Source: Antedon mediterranea | Lineage: Eukaryota > Animalia > Echinodermata | Direction: 5' to 3' | Length of the DNA stretch: 64,000 nt | NCBI RefSeq assembly: GCF_964355755.1 | Contig: NC_092675.1 | Location: 27,314,912-27,378,911, forward strand | Position numbers and translations under genes: made by a program | Shown: piece after piece, positions 52,212-63,033 of the stretch | Numbering within the stretch: the stretch's first letter is position 1 | Layout of the letters: every line of letters starts with the position of its first letter | The notes under the pieces: model-generated | The model's database searches: none | The model's input: the letters and a program-made list of their open reading frames with translations, nothing else | Told to the model about the DNA's origin: nothing

Positions 52212-55200
52212 AAGCGGAGGATAGTGAAGGTACTGTTAATTTCCTTTCCTCATTTATTTCCAATACCACCGGCATCAAAATCGCTAATGATGATATACAA
52301 CGAGCCCATCGAGTTGGACCACGTAATACCACCAGGGATAAACCGAGACCACTTGTTGCATACTTTCTCAGATATTCCACTAAAGAAAGAGTACGCAAGG
52401 CAGCTCCAAAAGTGAGACCTAAATTTAAAGATAATAACATCTACGTAAATAATGATTTTACCAGCAGAGTGATAAGTAGAAGAAAGGCATTATACTCATC
52501 GATGAAATACCTGCATTCCAACAAAGTAAAGGCCTGGCTCCACCTTGACAAATTGCGTTACATAGATGCAAATGGTTATGTTCGCACATTCATCGACATG
52601 GATCATCTTGCCAAATACTACCCGAACCTCAAGGAAGCACATGCCCCCGTAGCTACTGAGTAATTCTAGTCGTCGCAATAATTTAACTTTACTTTGACTC
52701 TACTTACCGTCAACCGAAATATTACCTATAATATATTTTTATTTCAAGAATTGTTTATTTTGCTTCTCATTAATTATGTATTAATGTATACAGTCTCATG
52801 CATGCTTATTGCTGTATTTCTTTTTTAGATAACGCTATACGCAGCTATTGTTAATGAATGTTAATTATCTTCACTTACTTCCTTTTTATGACTTTAATGT
52901 GAACTCTGAACTTACTAACAACAATGATATTTCTAACATAACCTTTAATCCAGTTAATTACAATAAAAATGACAAATATGATGAATCTTTTGATCAACTA
53001 ATTAATAATCTCAATTCACAGTCAGTTACCCTAGATGAATGCAGCTTTTATGATTATTCACAATTTAATTCTAAGTTTAATACATCCTTTAATACTAAAC
53101 TATCTCTCCTGCATCTTAATATTAGAAGTATTACGCATAAAGTTAATGATCTCGAATGGCTTTTGAATTCAATTAATAACAAATTTTCCATAATCGGTAT
53201 CAGTGAAACATGGCTTAATGAAAACTCCCCTATTCCTTTCATTAATAACTACTCCTTCTTTGCAAGCAATAGAAGCAATAATCAAATTGGCGGAGGAGTT
53301 GCATTTTTTATACGTAATGATATTAGCATTACAATTCGAAATGACTTAAAATTACCAGACGACCTTTCCGAATCACTTTTTGTTGAGATTGAAAATTCAA
53401 AGACAAAAAATGATATTATAGGCATTATTTACAGAGCCCCCTGTGGAGGGCTAGATTCTTTTACTAAATCCGTCGATAATGTATTAACCCAAATTAACAA
53501 TGAAAACAAAAATTGTCATCTCATGGGAGACTTCAATATTGATTTATTAAAATTCCATAACCATAAATTAACAAACACCTACCTAAATACCTTAATTTCC
53601 CATTCTTTTTTTCCAACTATTTCAAAACCAACTAGGATTACCTCAACTTCGGCCACCTTGATTGATCATTTTTATTCCAAACAATCTAACTATAAAATAG
53701 TTGCTGGTGTTTTACTTAATGATATCTCCGACCACCTTCCTATATTTCAGTTCATTGATCAAGAAATTAATGATCAAAACCTTGATGATGATAATAGCGC
53801 CAACTATTCATTTCGTATAAACGACCTAAATGCCTTATCGATTGATTTAGAAGGTGAAGACTGGTCTATGATATTTGATTGTGACCCAAGATTGAGTTTT
53901 GATATATTTATTGAAAAATTTACAAATATCCACTCCAGACACTTGGTTAAAAGTAGTATAAAATCAAATAAAACGTTTAAACAACCATGGATGTCATCTG
54001 CTCTCTTAAAATGTAGTTCTCGGAAACATAAACTTTATAACAAATATATGCACACACGTAGTAATAATGACAAATTAAACTATACAAAATATAACAATAT
54101 TTTCACTAATCTTTGTCGCACTGCTAAAAAGAATTATTATACTTCCCAGTTTGATAGATATAAAGGTAATCTGAAGAACACATGGCTTGTAATAAATTCT
54201 GTTTTAAATAAAGGTAATAATAATAACAAGCACCCGAATCTAATTAAAGATGGTGATAATATTTACAAAACTCAAAAAGAGATATGTGAATCGTTTAACA
54301 ACTATTTTTCTACAATTGGTCCTAATCTTATTAATAGTATGCCAACTAATATAACTGATCCATTATCTTATCTTCATTCTGCGTTTGCCAACTCATTTTA
54401 TATTAGCCCAGTTTCAATTGATGATGTTAACCTAACTATATACAATCTAAATTCTAATAAAGGGTCTGGATCTGACGGTATTACTGCTCGTGTCTTAAAA
54501 TCTATATCTCCCTTAATCATCCACCAACTTACCCATTGTATAAATTCATCTTTTTTATCTGGCACTTTTCCAACACACTTAAAACTAGCTAAAGTTGTGC
54601 CCATTTTCAAGAAAGGTGAACGAAGTCAATTATCTAATTACCGGCCAATATCACTACTTTCAGTGTTTTCCAAAATTATTGAAAAACTCATGTATTCTAA
54701 ACTTTCTGATTATCTCACAAAATTTGATATACTTAATAAACGCCAATATGGTTTTCGAAAAAATCACTCTACATCCCATGCCGTTTTAGATCTTATTAAT
54801 AATATTACAAATTCATTTGAATCAAAAGAAAATTTATTAAGTTTATTTATTGATCTTTCAAAGGCCTTCGATGTTATTAATCACGATAATTTAATTAAAA
54901 AACTTGAGTGCTATGGAATTAGAGGTATTTCATTGAATTGGTTTAATAGTTATTTGAAAGATAGAAAACAATATGTTGCATTAGGATCTTGTACATCGTC
55001 GACGATGGATATTACTTGCGGAGTGCCACAGGGATCTGTGCTTGGGCCATTGCTCTTCCTTATTTATGTTAATGATCTGGCTAATGTCAGTAACAAATTG
55101 CAAGTAATATCCTTCGCCGACGACACCACCTTATTTTACTCTAATTCCAATATTGATTTATTATTTACTACATTCAATGATGAATTAACAAAATTTTGTG

Positions 55201-56453
55201 ACTGGTTTATTTCAAACAAATTACTTATTAATACTCTTAAAACAAATTATTTAATTTTTCACAATTCTCAACGTAAACTAAAAGTTGATGACCTAAATAT
55301 ACTTCTTGGCGGAATTCAAATTGAACGCAAAACTGAAACACTTTTTTTAGGTGTATATATTCATGAAAACCTCAAATGGACCAGTCATCAAAATTACGTT
55401 TCGAAAAAAATATCAAGATCTATTAGTATTATTAACAGACTTAAGCACTTCTTCCCTCTAAATATTTTAATTTCTCTTTATAACACACTTGTACTTCCTT
55501 ATTTCCAGTATTGTAACATTATTTGGGCTGCAGATTACTCTTCTAATATTGCTAGATTAACTAAATTACAAAAACGTGCAGCTAGAATTATTACTTTTTC
55601 ACCATATAGAACCTCATCTGAACCCCTTTTTAAACGTCTTGGTATATTAAAATTAACGGATATCCACAATGTTCAAGTTGCCAGTTTTATGTTTAATTAT
55701 TTTAAAAACCAACTTCCTATTTCTATGATTGATATGCTCTGTAAACGTACCAAATTTCACAATTACAATTTAAGAACTTCTCATTTAAACATTCCTTTTG
55801 CTAGACTTACAAAAACTAAATTTTTTATAACTATATCAGGTCCTAATTTGTGGAATCATATCCCACCAAATATCAAAACGTCAATATCATTATTTACTTT
55901 CCGAAAAAAGTTAAAGAATCATTATATATCTAAATATTATACTGCTTAGTTAATATGCTTATTATCATTATTTATACTCATATACTATTTATGTCTTACA
56001 CAAAATATTAGTTGTTGTTTATTATTGCAATCTTTAATCTATACTATATATAATGTATATATAGTATATACTATATATATACTGGAATTATAATTTATGT
56101 ATACATATTTTTTTTTCATTTACCAATATCGGTAGTTATTTCATTTATAATTATCATGAAACTATTGAAATATAATTTAAATAATTTTTATAAAGAAGAT
56201 GTTAGTTATGTTATTATACTGTAATTTTTTATCCTAAATTATATAATTATATATTCTAGGTTATTTTTATTTTTTTAGTAATGTGTTTTGTTATGGGTCC
56301 CTACGAGACAAGTTTTTAACTTCTAGAAGGGATCCATGATAATAATGACTACCAATTACTGCTTTATCTATGTTCACTTTAATATCTTTTTTCTATTTTG
56401 TATATATTCATTCATTATTATCTAAATAAATATTATCTGAATCTGAATCTGAA
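52212..56453 (+). mobile_element. Young 5'-truncated CR1/L2-group LINE with intact ORF2 and (TCTGAA)n tail
   Basis: Starts mid-ORF1 (equivalent to 51635), contains an uninterrupted ORF2 and an AT-rich 3' UTR, and ends ATCTGAATCTGAATCTGAA. Confidence 0.85.
52848..55949 (+). CDS. LINE ORF2: AP endonuclease + reverse transcriptase (1033 aa)
   Basis: EN motifs LNIRS, ISETWL, GGGV, GDFN, LIDH, SDH; RT motifs NYRPISLL, QYGFR, DLSKAFD, GVPQGSVLGPLLF, FADDT. Confidence 0.96.
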   Translation: MLMNVNYLHLLPFYDFNVNSELTNNNDISNITFNPVNYNKNDKYDESFDQLINNLNSQSVTLDECSFYDYSQFNSKFNTSFNTKLSLLHLNIRSITHKVNDLEWLLNSINNKFSIIGISETWLNENSPIPFINNYSFFASNRSNNQIGGGVAFFIRNDISITIRNDLKLPDDLSESLFVEIENSKTKNDIIGIIYRAPCGGLDSFTKSVDNVLTQINNENKNCHLMGDFNIDLLKFHNHKLTNTYLNTLISHSFFPTISKPTRITSTSATLIDHFYSKQSNYKIVAGVLLNDISDHLPIFQFIDQEINDQNLDDDNSANYSFRINDLNALSIDLEGEDWSMIFDCDPRLSFDIFIEKFTNIHSRHLVKSSIKSNKTFKQPWMSSALLKCSSRKHKLYNKYMHTRSNNDKLNYTKYNNIFTNLCRTAKKNYYTSQFDRYKGNLKNTWLVINSVLNKGNNNNKHPNLIKDGDNIYKTQKEICESFNNYFSTIGPNLINSMPTNITDPLSYLHSAFANSFYISPVSIDDVNLTIYNLNSNKGSGSDGITARVLKSISPLIIHQLTHCINSSFLSGTFPTHLKLAKVVPIFKKGERSQLSNYRPISLLSVFSKIIEKLMYSKLSDYLTKFDILNKRQYGFRKNHSTSHAVLDLINNITNSFESKENLLSLFIDLSKAFDVINHDNLIKKLECYGIRGISLNWFNSYLKDRKQYVALGSCTSSTMDITCGVPQGSVLGPLLFLIYVNDLANVSNKLQVISFADDTTLFYSNSNIDLLFTTFNDELTKFCDWFISNKLLINTLKTNYLIFHNSQRKLKVDDLNILLGGIQIERKTETLFLGVYIHENLKWTSHQNYVSKKISRSISIINRLKHFFPLNILISLYNTLVLPYFQYCNIIWAADYSSNIARLTKLQKRAARIITFSPYRTSSEPLFKRLGILKLTDIHNVQVASFMFNYFKNQLPISMIDMLCKRTKFHNYNLRTSHLNIPFARLTKTKFFITISGPNLWNHIPPNIKTSISLFTFRKKLKNHYISKYYTA

Positions 56454-56512
56454 TACAGTCTCATGCATGCTTATTGCTGTATTTCTTTTTTAGATAACGC
56501 TATACGCAGCTA

Positions 56513-58514
56513 TTGTTAATGAATGTTAATTATCTTCACTTACTTCCTTTTTATGACTTTAATGTGAACTCTGAACTTACTAACAACAATGATATTTCTA
56601 ACATAACCTTTAATCCAGTTAATTACAATGAAAATGACAAATATGATGAATCTTTTGATCAACTAATTAATAATCTCAATTCACAGTCAGTTACCCTAGA
56701 TGAATGCAGCTTTTATGATTATTCACAATTTAATTCTAAGTTTAATACATCCTTTAATACTAAACTATCTCTCCTGCATCTTAATATTAGAAGTATTACG
56801 CATAAAGTTAATGATCTCGAATGCCTTTTGAATTCAATTAATAACAAATTTTCCATAATCGGTATCAGTGAAACATGGCTTAATGAAAACTCCCCTATTC
56901 CTTTCATTAATAACTACTCCTTCTTTGCAAGCAATAGAAGCAATAATCAAATTGGCGGAGGAGTTGCATTTTTTATACGTAATGATATTAGCATTACAAT
57001 TCGAAATGACTTAAAATTACCAGACTACCTTTCCGAATCACTTTTTGTTGAGATTGAAAATTCAAAGACAAAAAATGATATTATAGGCATTATTTACAGA
57101 GCCCCCTGTGGAGGGCTAGATTCTTTTACTAAATCCGTCGATAATGTATTAACCCAAATTAACAATGAAAACAAAAATTGTCATCTCATGGGAGACTTCA
57201 ATATTGATTTATTAAAATTCCATAACCATAAATTAACAAACACCTACCTAAATACTTTAATTTCCCATTCTTTTTTTCCAACTATTTCAAAACCAACTAG
57301 GATTACCTCAACTTCGGCCACCTTGATTGATCATTTTTATTCCAAACAATCTAACTATAAAATAGTTGCTGGTGTTTTACTTAATGATATCTCCGACCAC
57401 CTTCCTATATTTCAGTTCATTGATCAAGAAATTAATGATCAAAACCTTGATGATGATAATAGCGCCAACTATTCATTTCGTATAAACGACCTAAATGCCT
57501 TATCGATTGATTTAGAAGGTGAAGACTGGTCTATGATATTTGATTGTGACCCAAGATTGAGTTTTGATATATTTATTGAAAAATTTACAAATATCCACTC
57601 CAGACACTTGGTTAAAAGTAGTATAAAATCAAATAAAACGTTTAAACAACCAAGGTAATAATAATAACAAGCACCCGAATCTAATTAAAGACGGTGATAA
57701 TATTTACAAAACTCAAAAAGAGATATGTGAATCGTTTAACAACTATTTTTCTACAATTGGTCCTAATCTTATTAATAGTATGCCAACTAATATAACTGTA
57801 AACTGATCCATTATCTTATCTTCATTCTGCGTTTGCCAACTCATTTTATATTAGCCCAGTTTCAATTGATGATGTTGACCTAACTATATACAATCTAAAT
57901 TCTAATAAAGGGTCTGGATCTGACGGTATTACTGCTCGTGTCTTAAAATCTGTATCTCCCTTAATCATCCACCAACTTACCCATTGTATAAATTCATCTT
58001 TTTTATCTGGCACTTTTCCAACACACTTAAAACTAGCTAAAGTTGTGCCCATTTTCAAGAAAGGTGAACGAAGTCAATTATCTAATTACCGGCCAATATC
58101 ACTACTTTCAGTGTTTTCCAAAATTATTGAAAAACTCATGTATTCTAAACTTTCTGATTATCTCACAAAATTTGATATACTTAATAAACGCCAATATGGT
58201 TTTCGAAAAAATCACTCTACATCCCATGCCGTTTTAGATCTTATTAATAATATTACAAATTCATTTGAATCAAAAGAAAATTTATTAAGTTTATTTATTG
58301 ATCTTTCAAAGGCCTTCGATGTTATTAATCACGATAATTTAATTAAAAAACTTGAGTGCTATGGAATTAGAGGTATTTCATTGAATTGGTTTAATAGTTA
58401 TTTGAAAGATAGAAAACAATATGTTGCATTAGGATCTTGTACATCGTTGACGATGGATATTACTTGCGGAGTGCCACAGGGATCTGTGCTTGGGCCATTG
58501 CTCTTCCTTATTTA
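56513..58514 (+). pseudogene. Disrupted ORF2 of the older LINE copy
   Basis: Near-identical to 52848 onward but with a ~220-bp deletion at ~57652, an 8-bp insertion at ~57798 and a MITE insertion at 58514; it resumes at 62822-63033 (VNDLANV..FADDTT). Confidence 0.92.
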
Positions 58515-59064
58515 CCGTATATTTCGGTGTATAAGTCGCACCTGTGTATAAGACGCACCCCCTAACTGAGAGTAAAATATCGGTATTTTTTATATCGTCG
58601 ATGTATAAGACGCACCTTATATTTCATCAAAACAATGTTTTTTTTAAATTGTAATCAATATTATTGTAATAATATATTTTGTTATATCTACAACGGCGTA
58701 CTTTATTTAGGTTTTTTCTTACCTAGGCTCGGCCGCGCCCAGCCTCAACAAGTTGTTTCTAACTTGTTATTCATGAGTTTCGCACCCGCAACATCGAGTG
58801 CATGACCGTGTGTGTAACACGCACGTGTGTGGGCTAGCCTCGCTCGATCATTTCGAGAGGGCGCACGTTTTCACGGACAATCGTATTCGATTAGTAGAGA
58901 GCTTTCGCTATCTCGATCGGGAACGAGCCGCCGAGAAAGTAAGGGTTTTTTGTGTATGACGTCATTAGTTTATGTGAAATTTTAATTAACTAATGCTCGT
59001 AGCCGGCCCGAGATACAGGAGCTGGTTCTCGTCTGCAAAATCGAGAAATACACGACGTCGCGAC

Positions 59065-59778
59065 ATGGTGAGTTAAACTTTTGAACAATAGCAAAAAACG
59101 TTTCATGTACTTTTCCTGATATAAGTTATTAAAATAAGAATTAGACTCATCTCAACACTAATCTAAATTATATATTTGTGAACTTTCTGTAGGCCTAGGC
59201 CTAGTCAGAAAACATTTAGTTTAGGCCTAGCCTACGCCTAGAGGAGGAGGCGGCCTAAACTAGTTTTTAGGCGGTGTAGGTGCCAGGCAGGGCCTCCGAT
59301 CCTACTTACTAATACTACTAGGCCTAGGCTAGTCATCACATAGCTTGTATAATTTATTAAACAGATAGGGCCTAACTTAAACTAGGCCTACTTAGCTGTA
59401 AAAATATTATATTCTCCACCAAAATATTTACAATTTTATTTAACAGGAGCTGTTAGGCCTAAATAAAGAGTTTGGACTGGGTCAGAAAGAAAATAGGTAA
59501 GTCGTCATTTAAAATGATCAATTATTCGATCGATTATCGATTATTTTCGTTATGGAGCTTTTCTGTATAATATTAATAATGAGTGTTAAAAACACTAAAT
59601 GGTCTATATTATTAGTATTATGAAAATGAAAATAGTTGAAATCATATAACTTTTATTTCTTTATAGCAAAAAAACCATAAGGTATTGCGCAGCAACGGAC
59701 ATAATGCTGCTGAAGGAGGTCCTGTCACTAAACCCTTATGAAAATGGAGAAAAATGGAACGATGTTTACTGTGTTTAG
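59065..59778 (+). pseudogene. 5' exons of a Myb/SANT-like partner gene of the PHIS element
   Basis: ATG|GT at 59065-59067, exon 59447-59496 and an exon from 59667 splice in frame to MELLGLNKEFGLGQKENSKKTIRYCAATDIMLLKEVLSLNPYENGEKWNDV. Confidence 0.6.
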
Positions 59779-60008
59779 TGGTATATTATTGATAGGCCTA
59801 TAAAACATTTAATATTAAAACAATATTTCGTTACTAAGTGGATAGTAATGTTATATACAATCTAATTAAATATGAAATGTAGCATACAGTAGTAGACTGT
59901 TTATAAATATAGTAATTGAAAAGAAATTTTGACCTATGGTAGTAGTAGTGCAATAAATACATATATTTGCAATTGATAATTATGTTGAGGATCTATTATA
60001 GTTTTCAA

Positions 60009-60356
60009 TTAAGCATTGCCCAAATACTCCTCGAGTGTTGGGGGTTCGACTTCAAAAAATGATCCAGTTACTGACCCATACAAACAAGTATGACAATTGG
60101 TTAGCAAACCAGCCACAATATAGTATTTTGCCACTGGTTGTAAAAACACCTTAAGGTCTTTCTTGAAGTCCACAAAAGCCCAGTTCTGTAGCATCTTTCC
60201 AAATACCCACTCCACACAAACACGTACAGAAGACATGGCAGCATTGAACTCCTGCTGACGCTGATCTAAGTTAGCAGCTCCTTGTCTGAACGGTGAAATC
60301 AGCCATGGGCGTATAGGATACGCTGGATCTCCATACAAGCAGTAATGACCTTCCAA
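60009..60356 (-). pseudogene. C-terminal fragment of a Harbinger/HARBI1-like (DDE_Tnp_4) transposase
   Basis: LYGDPAYP, FNAAMSSVRVCVEWVFG, LLTNCHTCLYG and PPTLEEYL motifs; the N-terminal part is missing. Confidence 0.88.
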
Positions 60357-60864
60357 ATAATTGTTGCAAAATCTACAAAATTTTCGGCCATTTTCACGTT
60401 ACTTTATTTAATAGTACCCAAGGACCTGGTGCCGATTAAGTTACGATCGAGTGTACACAGTACTACTACTGTACTACTATACAGTAGGCCTACAGTAGTT
60501 TTTTTTTTTGTTTATATCGTATGCTTTGAAGCGTATCAGAACTCTGCTGCCACCTATAGTTTTCATATTATCGGTGATCGAGGATACGTACGAAACTACA
60601 TTTGTTCTTAAAACGAGTACGAGATCGAGAACCGGTAATTAATGCTGGTTCTCGTTCCCGATCGAGATAGCGAAAGCTCTCTATTATCTATGTATCCGAG
60701 AAGTGTGTACGCTAGGTCCATGCTATAATCACCTGGAGAATATACTAGTCGAATATCTTACAACATGTGGCCGCCAAGGAAGGGCTTGCGCTGGGGGTAC
60801 GGCGGTCGGCGATCGTGCGTATAACTATAAATAAATACTAGGCCTCCCTATTCCAATCGTAAAC

Positions 60865-62607
60865 GGATCAGGTGCCGTTTTCGGCCACCTCGACTTGTAT
60901 GGACTATACCATTATTATGATAGGGGTGTGGTGTATTATGTTTTATGTAGAGAAGGGTGTCTATTGAATGGGAAGACAATACAATTGTTCTGTTATGTAA
61001 CCTACAATACAGAACATCAAAAACTAGCAAGCATGTACTTTTTATAAGGCATGTTATTATTAGGTACTGTGTTATGGAATGCCAAGATTTTGTAACAATA
61101 TTAACTATATAAGTAGGTAACTTACTTACTATTATTATTTATATAAAAACTAAACTAAACACTACAGTATAATCAAAATTAAAACATATTAAATACTATG
61201 TTATGCCTATCTGGATTTAAACACAATAAATATAGTACAATAGGATTCGAAATTAGAAAATCTTAAATACTACAGTACAATCGGAATCAAAACATATTAA
61301 AAACAACTACAGTACAATCGGAATTAAAACATGTTAAACTACAAAACAACTAAACTAAATATCACAATCGGAATTTTAAAAATCTTAAATACTACAGTAC
61401 ACTCGGAATCAAAACATATTAAAAACAACTACAGTACAATCGGAATTAAAACATTGATCCTAAATACTAAAATACAATCGGAATTAAAACATGTTAAACT
61501 ACAAAACAATTAAACTAAATATCACTATCGGAAATAAAAAATCTTAAATACTACAGTACAATCGATATTAAAATATCCTAAATACTACATTACAATCGGT
61601 TAAATTACCAAAACTCTATAATGTTGTGAAATATGTAAAAGAATGTTGGCAAATGCATTCTAATCGGCCCAATCCTATCGGTAGATAAATCATATTTTTT
61701 ATTTGCAAGGGATAAATCCCAACAACATGGATTTGAACCCAAGAACCTGGAATCGGTAGAAGTGTATAATTGAAGATTCATTGACATATAATTTAATGTT
61801 TTTTGTTTGTTTTACTGATCACCTGATACATTTACATTTAATGCTAAATGTAAAACGAATTGTAGATACAGAAACTATGGAGGAATTCCTCCATGCAGAA
61901 ACAAACTGGTAACAGATTCATTGACATAATTTTATTTGTTCTACTGATTACCTGATACATTTAATGTTAAATGTAAATAAATGAAACGATTGTAGATACA
62001 GAAACAAAATGGTAACAGATTCATTGACGACTTAATTATATGTATTTTTGTTTTACGATGACTCGACAATAGTTGGACTTATAACAATGATTATTCTCTG
62101 TACCTTTCTGAGATTATTCGATTTACCGATTATGGCAACAATTTTCTTGAACTAAACATAAATAAAACGAAAGAAATAAGGATTGATTTTCGAAAACAAA
62201 ATTGGTCGGACCGTATACATTAATTAAAGGAAAGGAAGTAGAGATTGTTAACACTAATTATAAGTATCTGGGAGTAGTGTTTGACTAAAGTTCAATATCC
62301 ACCTTAGGGAATCCACCTAATATCCATATTAGGGAAGGATACCTACAAATTATATAGAAATAAAGAGCCATAATACGGGCCATAATATACTGTATTAACT
62401 TGAAAACTGAAATTAATTCTACAGCGTGTAGGGCGTAGTTGTTTTCCCTTTGTTGCTGAAACATAATGCACTAAACAAAAGAACAAAAGCAGCAGTATTT
62501 TAACACATTAGCACACTAAATTAATAAATGGGACACCCCTATTTTCCCATCTTTTTATAATGGTATAGTCCATACAAGTCGAGGTGGCCGAAAACGGCAC
62601 CTGATCC
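60865..62607. mobile_element. Unclassified TIR element with ~50-bp perfect TIRs and internal minisatellite
   Basis: GGATCAGGTGCCGTTTTCGGCCACCTCGACTTGTATGGACTATACCATTAT and its exact inverse; ACTACAGTACAATCGGAAT repeats at 61255-61600; no TSD, and ~65 bp of the host MITE is missing. Confidence 0.82.
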
Positions 62608-63033
62608 CATCACGCTAAAATGCCTTGAAAACTAGGCAGAAGCAGGTTGCCGTTACGTTAGTACACTGTAGCTAGGCCTAGCCTACTCAGGCCTAGCCAA
62701 CGAGGTGACGATATGTACACTGTTTGTGGTGAGGCATTTATGTTCGGTGTATAAGACGCACCCTTAATTTAGAGGTCAAATTTGCGTGTCAAAAGTGCGA
62801 CTTATACACCGAAATATACGGTATGTTAATGATCTGGCTAATGTCAGTAACAAATTGCAAGTAATATCCTTCGCCGACGACACCACCTTATTTTACTCTA
62901 ATTCCAATATTGATTTATTATTTACTACATGCAATGATGAATTAACAAAATTTTGTGACTGGTTTATTTCAAACAAATTACTTATTAATACTCTTAAAAC
63001 AAATTATTTAATTTTTCACAATTCTCAACGTAA

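Larger units (their letters stand above)
58896..60682. mobile_element. PHIS (Pangu/Harbinger-like) deletion derivative with two convergent gene remnants
   Basis: 32-bp TIR AGAGAGCTTTCGCTATCTCGATCGGGAACGAG; flanks AGT/ATT where the empty site has a single AGT (ANT-type TSD). Confidence 0.85.
58515..62821 (+). mobile_element. Tc2-type MITE carrying two nested elements (4.3-kb composite)
   Basis: Same TIRs as 10734-11594; the TA duplication is proven by the intact LINE sequence TTATTTATGTTAAT at 55060-55073. Confidence 0.92.
51065..63033 (+). mobile_element. Older CR1/L2-group LINE copy split into 51065-52209 + 56454-58514 + 62822-63033
   Basis: The segments rejoin colinearly with the intact copy once the nested inserts are removed. 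Confidence 0.75.

Noticed and set aside
51635-52786. Simple 577-bp tandem duplication of ORF1
   Set aside because: The breakpoint coincides with the start of the second ORF2 unit; a single self-insertion explains both.
51156-58237. Antisense and alternate-frame ORFs over the LINE
   Set aside because: Shadows of ORF1/ORF2 with no independent motifs.
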